A DNA stretch of 46,594 nucleotides from Thaumarchaeota archaeon UBA223 (GCA_002495905.1 DAHJ01000034.1:1-46594); one strand, 5' to 3'; shown: positions 29,526-38,318, counted from the stretch's first letter. The notes: generated by a model not told the origin, from the sequence alone. Made by a program: numbers and translations.

Positions 29526-29815
29526 GATGATTCACGATTAATTTTATTAATATTAAATGGCAGACTGTTAGATTTTATATCATCAGGAATTTTATCAATC
29601 CATTGTGTGAGAAAATTGGATTCATGAATAAAGTTACGTTGGTTATCAGGAACCATAATAGGAATTCCATTAATTATCGGATAATATCTAATACATTTAA
29701 TACAATAAAGAAGTCCTGATTTAACATCAGAACTATTGGTTTCAAATTCTATTAAATTAAGATCAGAGTGTTTATCAGAAGGGCATACAAGAATATCGGT
29801 AAGAGTTTTTTTCAT
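29522..29815 (-). CDS. trm112: Trm112-family methyltransferase activator
   Basis: DILVCPSDK...GLLYCIKCIRYYPIINGIPIM. Confidence 0.85.
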   Translation of the reverse strand: MKKTLTDILVCPSDKHSDLNLIEFETNSSDVKSGLLYCIKCIRYYPIINGIPIMVPDNQRNFIHESNFLTQWIDKIPDDIKSNSLPFNINKINRESS

Positions 29816-29821
29816 AATTAA

Positions 29822-30781
29822 TCACAAATCTAGATAAATTGGAGAACCTCGTTTTGCAGATGTTATAGCAGCCTCAGCAATTTTTATAGTATTTAGGCCA
29901 TCAATTCCCGTAACTACAGGAGAAGTATTAGACTTTACAGCATTGATGAAACTTGTTAATTCATTGACAAGAGGCTCCTCGCGTTTACGAGTAGGTATAG
30001 TAACGGAATTACCATCGTCTAGGCGAATTTCTTGAGACATATAATCACCGGATAAATTACCATCAGTACAGGTAACAGATATTCTTCTAACTTTATAGGG
30101 AGTAACCCAATTAGCAATTATTATTGCAGTTTTACCATTTTTAAATCCAAGAACTATAGTAGCAAAATCCTCATAATCAGTTCCAACAAAACCAGATGCT
30201 TTGGGGTTTAAAACGTTCCCAGTTCTTGCGAATACAACGTTGGGTTCTTCATTAAACAGCCATCTAGCACCATCAATATCATGGACTGAAGAATCTAAAA
30301 TAACACCAATATCTTTTGTTACTCCGGCCCATCGATTTTCACGTTGAAATTCAATAAGTAAAGGATCTCCATAAGTTTGTTTTTGAAGATTATCTTTTAT
30401 ATCAATAATAATAGGGTTAAAACGTTCGACAAAACCAACAGTAAGAGCCACATTGTTATCATGTGCAAGATTAACTAATTCTTCTCCTTGAGATGAAGAA
30501 TAAGTAAGTGGTTTTTCTACTAAAGTAGAAATTCCATTAGATAAAGTAGTTTTTGCAATTTCAAAATGAGTAACAGTAGGAGTACAAATATTTACAATAT
30601 CAACGTGGTGGTCTTTAACCAAATCTTCAATATTAGAAAATCCTTTTATTGAATATTTTTTTTCATAGAGTTTTCTACGTTCATCATTCATTTCAACAAA
30701 TGAATCTAAATAACCTAAATCATTTAGTACACGGAGATGATGTTTTCCCCAAGATCCAGTACCGACAACTGCTGCTTTCAA
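29822..30781 (-). CDS. Gfo/Idh/MocA oxidoreductase, WbpB/GnnA-like nucleotide-sugar 3-dehydrogenase
   Basis: GTGSWG, LVEKP, VGFVERFNP, DSSVHDID, NWVTPYKVR. Confidence 0.8.
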   Translation of the reverse strand: MKAAVVGTGSWGKHHLRVLNDLGYLDSFVEMNDERRKLYEKKYSIKGFSNIEDLVKDHHVDIVNICTPTVTHFEIAKTTLSNGISTLVEKPLTYSSSQGEELVNLAHDNNVALTVGFVERFNPIIIDIKDNLQKQTYGDPLLIEFQRENRWAGVTKDIGVILDSSVHDIDGARWLFNEEPNVVFARTGNVLNPKASGFVGTDYEDFATIVLGFKNGKTAIIIANWVTPYKVRRISVTCTDGNLSGDYMSQEIRLDDGNSVTIPTRKREEPLVNELTSFINAVKSNTSPVVTGIDGLNTIKIAEAAITSAKRGSPIYLDL

Positions 30782-30803
30782 GATAGATATTTCCTCTTAA
30801 TAA

Positions 30804-31976
30804 TTACCTATTACATAGTGTATTAGCGTGAATTAAAAACATATTGTCACCAAGATTTCTTTTGAATGTTTTTAATATTTTTTCATCGGTTTTTGAGCAC
30901 AGGATTAATAACTGTTTTTTATCACTAGTAGGCAGATAATAACTTGCTTGTCCATTTTTTACAGTAGAAAATTCATTAATGTCATTTATGTTTCCTACAA
31001 CGTCGTAGATTTTATCAATGATATATTCGTGCATAATAGACTTATCGCCACGAATTTCTGATTTATCAATAGACCAACAAAGATAGATTTCGGTTTTACT
31101 GGCTTTGAGTGAATTGTGTTTCATAAATGATTTCAATTCGTCAATGAAATAGCGAGTAAATGAATCAATACTACGAGATATTCCAGACATCATATAAAGA
31201 GACGGATCTCCAGAATCTAATGATGAATTAAAGCAACGAATATCTGAAACATGATTAGTAAGATCGTCAACATAATAATTTTCATGCTTTAGTGTTTTAC
31301 GTTTATCATAATCTTTTATTTTTTTTAATGATTCAGTCTTAGATATAATTGGAGAATATAGAGAAGTAAGTTTCTCGAGATGTAATATTTCAGATAATTC
31401 TAAATCATAAGTATCGGTAAATTTGATATTAGCATTTTTTGCTAAAGTTTGTACAGTTTTTTTATTATCAAGATTATGAGTGCCAAATGTTATAGATTTA
31501 GTAGTTCTAGGTTCTAGAGGAAGATATGAATATATAAAATCAGTTTCAGAATTAAGGCCGCTACTGCGTTCTATAATTTCAACTAGCTCGGAATTTTGTC
31601 CATAACCTAATGGTGTACAATTAAAAAAAATCGTACCTTTGGATATTTCAGTCGAAAGTTCTGAAACTAATGAGAGTACTTTTTTCTTATAGTTGTCACT
31701 TTCTCGAATTTTAGGAGTAAAGAAAATAATAGGATTCTCGCTAATTGCGTTTTTTTCTGGTTGAATGCTAAAAAGAGCTTCTTCTTCAATGATAGATTGA
31801 GCACTAGAATAATCGGATAGAATTTGAGGAGTTATTTCAGTAGCAACATGTAATTTTTCATCTAGAATTGTGGTAGAAATAGATTTTGAGACAAGAGAAT
31901 TAGATATCATATACCCTTCAGTGCTAAGACCATAAATTAGAACAGAATCATGAGTTTCCAAGGTTATATTATACAA
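30804..31976 (-). CDS. Divergent nucleotide-sugar dehydrogenase-like protein
   Basis: Degenerate Rossmann start VLIYGLSTEG; IERSSGL..ETDFIYSYLP echoes UDP-sugar 6-dehydrogenases; no GGxC catalytic motif found; TTG start. Confidence 0.5.
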   Translation of the reverse strand: MYNITLETHDSVLIYGLSTEGYMISNSLVSKSISTTILDEKLHVATEITPQILSDYSSAQSIIEEEALFSIQPEKNAISENPIIFFTPKIRESDNYKKKVLSLVSELSTEISKGTIFFNCTPLGYGQNSELVEIIERSSGLNSETDFIYSYLPLEPRTTKSITFGTHNLDNKKTVQTLAKNANIKFTDTYDLELSEILHLEKLTSLYSPIISKTESLKKIKDYDKRKTLKHENYYVDDLTNHVSDIRCFNSSLDSGDPSLYMMSGISRSIDSFTRYFIDELKSFMKHNSLKASKTEIYLCWSIDKSEIRGDKSIMHEYIIDKIYDVVGNINDINEFSTVKNGQASYYLPTSDKKQLLILCSKTDEKILKTFKRNLGDNMFLIHANTLCNR

Positions 31977-32075
31977 GTAATTTTTATATTAATAAATTAT
32001 CAAAGTGGAAGATCAAACCCAAAAACGGTTAAAAAATTTATATCGAGTAATTATGATGATATACTACATTAAGAC

Positions 32076-33164
32076 ATGAGAGTTTGGATTGACATATTAA
32101 CACCGAAACAAGCGCTATTTTTCGAGCCTTTAATCGAGTCTTTGAAGGAAAGAGGTGATGAAGTAATAGTAACTTCCCGTAGGTATAGGGAAGCTGAATT
32201 ATTATTACGTAAAAGGCAGATTAATGCAGAATTTATTGGAAGTCATGGAGGTAAAGAATTAAGCAATAAATTAAGTGCAAGTTTAGAAAGAAGTCAGCTT
32301 TTACTCGAATATTTTAAAGACGATAAACCAGATGCTTTAGTATCATTCAGTTCTCCAGAAGCAAGCAGAGTAGCTTTTGGATTAGGAATAATCAACATAT
32401 GTGTGAGCGATTCACCTCATGCAGAAGCAGTATCTAAATTAACAATTCCAATAGCTGATTGTTTATTGACTCCATGGATTGTTCCAGAAAAATCATGGAC
32501 AATATATGGAATAGAAAGAAGTAAAATTGAAACCTACAAAGCTTTAGATCCATTTGTTTGGTTAACAAGACGAGATTTAACAGAAAAAACTCATCTAGGA
32601 TTAAATATAGATAAATCAAAAACTACAATATCATTAAGATTAGAAGAAAGTTTTGCTGCATATTCTAAAAGAGATTCATACACACAAGAATTTGCATTGA
32701 TACAGAGATTAATTGAAGAATTTAGAAATCAGAATATTGTAATTCTTTGTAGATATTCAGAACAAATTGATGCTGTATTAAAGAAATTCAAAGGAAGAGT
32801 CATTGTTCCAAATGATGTAGTGGACGGAATAACATTACTGCAGCAATCTGATTTATTCATTGGACTTGGCGGTACAATGACTGCAGAAGCTGCGTTACTG
32901 GGTACACCAGCTATATCATTTTTTAGTGGAAGTTATTTTGTTGAAAGATATCTTGTTTCTAAAGGACTTTTGACAAAACCAAGAGATATTGATGGAGTAG
33001 TAAGAGTATCAAAGAATTTCTTAAGAGACCCAAAAATGAAAAAGCAAATAAAAATGCGAGCAGGTAGAATTAGAGCAGGAATGGAAGACCCAATTCAAGT
33101 AATTATAGATAAATTAGATGCTCTAATGAGGGCAAAACTTAATCAAGAACTAGCACGAAATTGA
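32076..33164 (+). CDS. DUF354 family GT-B fold protein
   Basis: MRVWIDILTPKQ, SPEASRVAFGLG, DSPHA, GGTMTAEAALLGTP. Confidence 0.85.
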   Translation: MRVWIDILTPKQALFFEPLIESLKERGDEVIVTSRRYREAELLLRKRQINAEFIGSHGGKELSNKLSASLERSQLLLEYFKDDKPDALVSFSSPEASRVAFGLGIINICVSDSPHAEAVSKLTIPIADCLLTPWIVPEKSWTIYGIERSKIETYKALDPFVWLTRRDLTEKTHLGLNIDKSKTTISLRLEESFAAYSKRDSYTQEFALIQRLIEEFRNQNIVILCRYSEQIDAVLKKFKGRVIVPNDVVDGITLLQQSDLFIGLGGTMTAEAALLGTPAISFFSGSYFVERYLVSKGLLTKPRDIDGVVRVSKNFLRDPKMKKQIKMRAGRIRAGMEDPIQVIIDKLDALMRAKLNQELARN

Positions 33165-33169
33165 TACTA

Positions 33170-33187
33170 AGCCCGGTTTAGCCCGGT
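33170..33187 (+). repeat. 8-nt direct repeat AGCCCGGT with 10-nt period; duplicate of tRNA positions 1-8 in the leader
   Basis: AGCCCGGT-TT-AGCCCGGT. Confidence 0.9.
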
Positions 33188-33282
33188 GGAGGATGTAAGT
33201 CCATCGAGTGTAGCGGTCAAGCATATCGCCCTTTGGAACATGAAGAAAGGCGGTGACGGCAGTTCGAATCTGCCCCGGGCTA
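33180..33282 (+). tRNA. tRNA-Gln(TTG) with two introns: 33190-33208 (position 10/11, 19 nt) and 33237-33247 (position 37/38, 11 nt)
   Basis: Removing both gives a 73-nt cloverleaf: AGCCCGG TG GTGT AGCGGTCAA GCAT A TCGCC CTTTGGA GGCGG TGAC GGCAG TTCGAAT CTGCC CCGGGCT A, with the A1-U72 pair typical of archaeal tRNA-Gln. Both introns form BHB/BHL motifs. Confidence 0.9.
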
Positions 33283-33285
33283 TCA

Positions 33286-34575
33286 TTAAAATAGGTCGCC
33301 AATAAGATACGTAGCTTTTACATCTGAAATTTTGACTTTATAGTTATTACCCAAAACTAGATCAGAATCTTTCAGAACAATAGGACGATATGCAAAGTTT
33401 CTACCAATCATTGTGCCATCAACTTTCCCTTTTTCATTTACAAGACAATTTCCAACCCAACCAAGCCATTTTTCATTTCTAGACAAAGATATTTCTTTTA
33501 TAATTGATGTTAATGTTCTAGATCTTTCATTAATTATAGAATTAGGAACTTGTTCCATTTCTATAGCTTTGGTACCAGGACGAGCACCGTATTTAGAAAG
33601 ATTAACAACATCAGGTTGTGTTGATTTAACAAGTTCAACAGTATCATTAAATTCTTCATCAGTTTCAGTAGGATATCCAACAATTATATCAGTAGCAATT
33701 GAAGACAAGGGAAATTTTTTACGAAAGCTTGAACACATAAGGACATAATCTTCACGTGAATGGCCACGAAGCATCGATTTTAAGACTCTATTATTGCCAG
33801 ATTGTACAGGAATATGTAAGAATTTATAGATTTTATCATGATTAAAGATATTGAATAATTTATTATATTTCTTTTTTGTGTGCATCGGATTCATCATTCC
33901 GACACGGATTAGAAAATTATTTGGTATAGCAACAACTGATTCTAATAAATCAGCTAAATCCATCGACATATCCATTCCATAACAGCCATTATCAGTAGAA
34001 GTTAACCATATCTCCTTACAACCAGAATTAGTAGATTCATAAATTTGTTCAGTGATAGCACTTGGAGGATAGCTAACTAGTGTGCCTTTTGCTATTTTTA
34101 CTTGACAAAAAGTACAAGAGCTCAAACAACCAGTTCCAATTTCAACAATATCTATTACCGGGTTAATTCTTATTTTTGGAAGCATGACTTTAGGTTTAGA
34201 AGATTTTCCTAATTCAATCAGAGGATTACCATTAAGAGTAGAATTTACAATATTAGTAATTTGATCAATAGAATCAGGCCCCATTAAGCTTGCATTTGGG
34301 TTTATTTTCTTAATTTCTTTAGATTGTGTTTTTGGCATACAGCCAGCAACGACAAGTGCAGAGTTGTTCTCAGAGAGTTTTTTTATTCTATGAGACATCC
34401 TGTCAGCAGTAGCAGTCTTTACAGTACATGTGACAATAACATTTACATCTGAATCTTCGGGATTATCAACTATTGAATAACCAGCTTCAGATAATTGACC
34501 TGCGCATATCTCTGAATCAGAAAAGCTGGCACTACATCCATAAGTTTCTATATAGACTTTTGATCCAGTTGACAT
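33286..34575 (-). CDS. Radical-SAM tRNA methylthiotransferase (archaeal MtaB/MiaB-like)
   Basis: ETYGC, TCTV, AGC in the UPF0004 domain; CLSSCTFC; HIPVQSG; TDIIVGYPTET; TRAM domain. Confidence 0.92.
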   Translation of the reverse strand: MSTGSKVYIETYGCSASFSDSEICAGQLSEAGYSIVDNPEDSDVNVIVTCTVKTATADRMSHRIKKLSENNSALVVAGCMPKTQSKEIKKINPNASLMGPDSIDQITNIVNSTLNGNPLIELGKSSKPKVMLPKIRINPVIDIVEIGTGCLSSCTFCQVKIAKGTLVSYPPSAITEQIYESTNSGCKEIWLTSTDNGCYGMDMSMDLADLLESVVAIPNNFLIRVGMMNPMHTKKKYNKLFNIFNHDKIYKFLHIPVQSGNNRVLKSMLRGHSREDYVLMCSSFRKKFPLSSIATDIIVGYPTETDEEFNDTVELVKSTQPDVVNLSKYGARPGTKAIEMEQVPNSIINERSRTLTSIIKEISLSRNEKWLGWVGNCLVNEKGKVDGTMIGRNFAYRPIVLKDSDLVLGNNYKVKISDVKATYLIGDLF

Positions 34576-34583
34576 AATATAAT

Positions 34584-34979
34584 TTAGTTATGTTTTGCTA
34601 TTAAAGGAATAATTTTAATGATTTTTCGAGGTTCCATAGGATTTTTTCCAGAAAATTTAGGGATATCGAGATATTTTTGAGACATTTTATCTATATGAGC
34701 GTCTGCATCAATATCAGTAATTTCAATAACTTCTCCCATTATAAAAGCCCAAGTATAAGAATTTCTATAATCAGTGATACTAAGTGAAACACGTTTATCA
34801 TTCTTTACATTCTTGTACTTAATACGAGTTGAAGTTGTATTAACTAAGATAACATCGCCATCACGATCAATCCAAACAGGAGAAACATGAGGACTGCCAT
34901 CTTGATTTAAAGTAGCAAAATGAGCTATATTTTTATCATCAATTAATTGACAAATTTTTTTAGGTAATTTGGTAGTCAT
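34584..34979 (-). CDS. PPOX-class probable F420-dependent oxidoreductase
   Basis: ATLNQDGSPHVSPVW, KYKNVKNDKRVSLSI, IDKMSQKYL. Confidence 0.85.
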   Translation of the reverse strand: MTTKLPKKICQLIDDKNIAHFATLNQDGSPHVSPVWIDRDGDVILVNTTSTRIKYKNVKNDKRVSLSITDYRNSYTWAFIMGEVIEITDIDADAHIDKMSQKYLDIPKFSGKNPMEPRKIIKIIPLIAKHN

Positions 34980-35036
34980 AATTTTGCTGCAATTACAAAA
35001 TTGTAAATTTATTTTATAAAGTTTATGATAAATTAT

Positions 35037-35864
35037 TCAATAAAATAATAAATAAGGGACAAGTGATAATGCAACTGGAATAGGCAATCCAGGAAAGATT
35101 TCAAAACGTTTTAAGAGATATAAGGTGAGAATAAGACCGAAATGAATTAAGAAAATACTAAGAAATGCTGAAGGTAAATCAATTAACAAGAATACAGAAG
35201 ATGGAATCATGGAATAAAATATTAAATCGCCAGTTCCGATATTAAAATGACCAAGATTAATAAACAAGGGACGAAGATCAAGTGAATCTTCTTGAGAATT
35301 AACAATTGATTTCAAAGGCCCTCGAAAGACAGCGTATATGTCATAAAGTGCAAATGCAATTGGTATAATGATTATAGTGGGTGGTTTAAGGAACACAGCA
35401 AGAATAGTCCCGTACAATGAACTTAGAATGTAAGAAGAAAATAATTGAAATTTATTTGAATCAATAATTGTTAGACTAAGCACAGGAATAATGCATAAAA
35501 TTAAAGATAGAATAAAGATGTAGATAGAAGAATCTATTACAGATTGTAATGATGCTGAAAGAATAATATAGCTTACAGAGAAAGTACCAACACTTAAGGT
35601 AATTATTAGTAAGAATTTTAATAAAAAGAATAATTTACGTCGCAATAAAAATAAGATGACAGAAGTAACAACAAAAGTAGGAATTAGAAGAATAATCGAG
35701 TTCAATATAGAACCAGAAGTAGAATTACCAGCTGGTTGGTAAGAGGGAAGAGACTGATATACAGGAAGAAAATTACTAGTAAATATTAATGAACTTATTT
35801 GAATAGAAAAAACAAGAAGAATTATTGGAAATAGATTTTTAATAGAAAATGCATTATTAGTCAT
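35037..35864 (-). CDS. Presenilin/SPP-like GxGD intramembrane aspartyl protease
   Basis: YDIYAVF (YD), IGTGDLIFYS (GxGD), PGLP (PAL-like), about nine TMs. Confidence 0.85.
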   Translation of the reverse strand: MTNNAFSIKNLFPIILLVFSIQISSLIFTSNFLPVYQSLPSYQPAGNSTSGSILNSIILLIPTFVVTSVILFLLRRKLFFLLKFLLIITLSVGTFSVSYIILSASLQSVIDSSIYIFILSLILCIIPVLSLTIIDSNKFQLFSSYILSSLYGTILAVFLKPPTIIIIPIAFALYDIYAVFRGPLKSIVNSQEDSLDLRPLFINLGHFNIGTGDLIFYSMIPSSVFLLIDLPSAFLSIFLIHFGLILTLYLLKRFEIFPGLPIPVALSLVPYLLFY

Positions 35865-35873
35865 AATGTAAAA

Positions 35874-36245
35874 TTAACGCACGATCAATTGTCCTCGATG
35901 AGTAGAATGACCTTCTCCACAGAATATATTACAAAAGATTTCAAAGACGCCTGTCTCAGTGGCAACGAATGAGATATCAACAGTTTGGCCTGCAGGAACA
36001 AATGTATAGATATTATATTCATCAATGGCAAATCCATGTGGAACATCCGTACTTTGTAGTTTTATAACAACAGTTTGTCCTTGTTCGACAATAATTTGGT
36101 TAGGTTCAAATTCCCATTGTTTAGTTGTCATTTCAAATATAATTTCGTCAGAATTTGGTTGAGAATCAGGAAGATATTGTAATAAAACAAAAAAACTAAG
36201 AACCATTATAGAAAATAATAATTCTTTTTGATAGGGTAATTTCAT
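35874..36245 (-). CDS. Membrane-anchored cupredoxin, CuA (COX2-like) domain
   Basis: QWEFEPNQI, STDVPHGF, CNIFCGEGHSTH; one N-terminal hydrophobic helix. Confidence 0.85.
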   Translation of the reverse strand: MKLPYQKELLFSIMVLSFFVLLQYLPDSQPNSDEIIFEMTTKQWEFEPNQIIVEQGQTVVIKLQSTDVPHGFAIDEYNIYTFVPAGQTVDISFVATETGVFEIFCNIFCGEGHSTHRGQLIVR

Positions 36246-36983
36246 TCATATTGAATGAAGGAGCCCGGCAATATAAATTAACACAAATCCACACAGAATA
36301 AAGATGACATCATAGATATTTTTAGTCGTAATTTGATTATCTTTTTTGGTATAATCAATTATAGTAAATAGAAGAGCTCCAGAACTAATAGAAAAGAAGA
36401 CAGAACTTAGTATACCGGGGAATCCATATAAACCAAATATTGAACCAAGAATAATTGGAAAACCACTAATCAGTGTAAAAATAGCAATATAAGAAAATGA
36501 CAAATGGTAGAAAAGTGGAATTACAAATCCTTCAGCTATTTTATGAATAACAAAAGAAGTAGTTTGTATTCCTCTTGGTATAGATGCAGAAATACCAAGA
36601 ACATTAACATCATATCCAATAACTATTCCTTCAGCAAAACTATGGAATGAGAAACTAAGAGATAGCAATAATATAGGGATATAAGAAAAATTTGAAGTAA
36701 ATGTAGAAATGAGGAATAGAAGTGTAAAACCAAAAATAAAACAAAGTAAAAGAGTTATAGAATAAATATTAAAACCTAAATTAATACCAAGTTGGGATGA
36801 GTTTACAATAAAATCAATGAATAATGCAAACATAATTCCAAGAGAAATATTGTTAAAAGCATATTTAGAAATTATATTTTCTGATTTAGATTTATTATTC
36901 AATACACGAAAATACATTCCTATAAGAATAGGAAGAACTCCTATTACAATTACTAAACCAGTTAATGTTAATGGATCAGTCAT
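36246..36983 (-). CDS. ZIP-family-like divalent metal transporter
   Basis: HSFAEG and HKIAEG metal motifs; about eight TMs. Confidence 0.7.
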   Translation of the reverse strand: MTDPLTLTGLVIVIGVLPILIGMYFRVLNNKSKSENIISKYAFNNISLGIMFALFIDFIVNSSQLGINLGFNIYSITLLLCFIFGFTLLFLISTFTSNFSYIPILLLSLSFSFHSFAEGIVIGYDVNVLGISASIPRGIQTTSFVIHKIAEGFVIPLFYHLSFSYIAIFTLISGFPIILGSIFGLYGFPGILSSVFFSISSGALLFTIIDYTKKDNQITTKNIYDVIFILCGFVLIYIAGLLHSI

Positions 36984-37009
36984 CTAATAAGTTTAGAAAT
37001 TGAATATTC

Positions 37010-37516
37010 TTAAGGATGTCTACGTTGAAGTTTTCGTTTAAGAGGATTACCGCAATTTATACAGGTTTTATCATTAGATTCAGATATACTACTACAGGCA
37101 GAACAGAAATTAATCCATTTGCCAGAATATTTGATTCCAGAATAAAGTAAAGATTTGTAAAAGATATCTAGTTTTTTAGCCACATTTTGAATAGCGTAAT
37201 CGTCAGTTAGAACGATTACATTGTGATTTTCCTCAAGAAAGTCATAAGCTAATGCAAGAATTGATATATCAGCATCAGATAATGATTTTTTATTCTCGAT
37301 ATTTAGTGAATTTTTTAGAATGTATTCGACTGCTTTAGAACTAGGTTCAATAATTTGAAGGCGATTAGAGTGGATTAAAGTTTCAATTCTAGAGGAAAAA
37401 AAGGGAATTTTTTGAAGTTCTTCATTAATTTGAATAGTTGTATAATAACAATCTAAGGATCTAAACGGAAGACCTGCATAAAATGCAGTAGAATCAATAA
37501 TAATTTTAGAATCCAA
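37010..37516 (-). CDS. nob1: Nob1 rRNA-processing endonuclease
   Basis: PIN domain IIDSTAF, LSDADISILALA, TDDYAIQNVA; Zn ribbon CSAC...CINCG. Confidence 0.92.
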   Translation of the reverse strand: MDSKIIIDSTAFYAGLPFRSLDCYYTTIQINEELQKIPFFSSRIETLIHSNRLQIIEPSSKAVEYILKNSLNIENKKSLSDADISILALAYDFLEENHNVIVLTDDYAIQNVAKKLDIFYKSLLYSGIKYSGKWINFCSACSSISESNDKTCINCGNPLKRKLQRRHP

Positions 37517-38318
37517 GACTAGTTAACTGCCTTAATGTCGAATCAGAAAATCGAATAAACAAAGTATCAGGAACTTTTGTATTAATAAGGATTTTTTCCA
37601 TAGAAGGAACATTAAATTCTACTTGACCATCAATAATAATTTTCGTATCGCTATGCGCAATAATAGAAAAATCAGAAACAGGAATTGCAATTGGTGGAAC
37701 TCTAGAGATTGGTGCAATAGGAGTAATAAGAAGAGCAGGTAAATCTTCACTAAGCATAGAAGAACCTAAAGACATGGAATGTCCAGTAGAACCAGTTGGT
37801 GTTGAAACTATTAATCCGTCCATACGGTTTTTAATAACAGTGCGATCAAGATTTATTTCATAGGTAATTGCACGAAGTTTTTCAGATCTTTCTACATATA
37901 CTTCATTAAGACTTTTTATTTGCTTGTTAGATTTAGATGAGACCGAAATACGTTTTCGACGATCGATAAAATAATTATTATCATTTATCTGATCAATAAG
38001 AATTGGAAGATCCTTGGGTTTTAATTCAGTGAGAATTCCTCGTCCTCCTTTATGTATTCCAAGAATAGGAATTTGTTTAGAGAGTAAACGAGATGCCTTG
38101 AGAATTGTTCCGTCACCGCCAACAGAAATTATACAATCAACATCTAGATTTTTATCATCAATAGAGATTGATGGATAAGTAGAAGTCAAAGGCGAAATAA
38201 GTTTAATATTAAATCCGGAATTATGAAGGGTTTTTGCTATATTGAGAGCAGTTTTTCGCGCCGTATTATCAGAATCTTTAGAAATAACTCCAAAAGATCT
38301 AATCTTTCTTGATTTCAT
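37506..38318 (-). CDS. nadK: NAD(+) kinase
   Basis: GGDGTIL, LNE, DGLIVSTPTGSTGHSMSLG. Confidence 0.92.
   Translation of the reverse strand: MKSRKIRSFGVISKDSDNTARKTALNIAKTLHNSGFNIKLISPLTSTYPSISIDDKNLDVDCIISVGGDGTILKASRLLSKQIPILGIHKGGRGILTELKPKDLPILIDQINDNNYFIDRRKRISVSSKSNKQIKSLNEVYVERSEKLRAITYEINLDRTVIKNRMDGLIVSTPTGSTGHSMSLGSSMLSEDLPALLITPIAPISRVPPIAIPVSDFSIIAHSDTKIIIDGQVEFNVPSMEKILINTKVPDTLFIRFSDSTLRQLTSLGF

Noticed and set aside
33170-33189. tRNA starting at 33170 with a third, 10-nt intron
   Set aside because: I could not build a BHB/BHL helix for the registers tried; the downstream copy gives a clean BHB.
33180-33282. tRNA pseudogene or integration scar
   Set aside because: Both insertions carry splice motifs and their removal gives a normal cloverleaf.
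35874-36245. Cytochrome c oxidase subunit II or NosZ
   Set aside because: Too short, single TM, and no partner subunits in the window.
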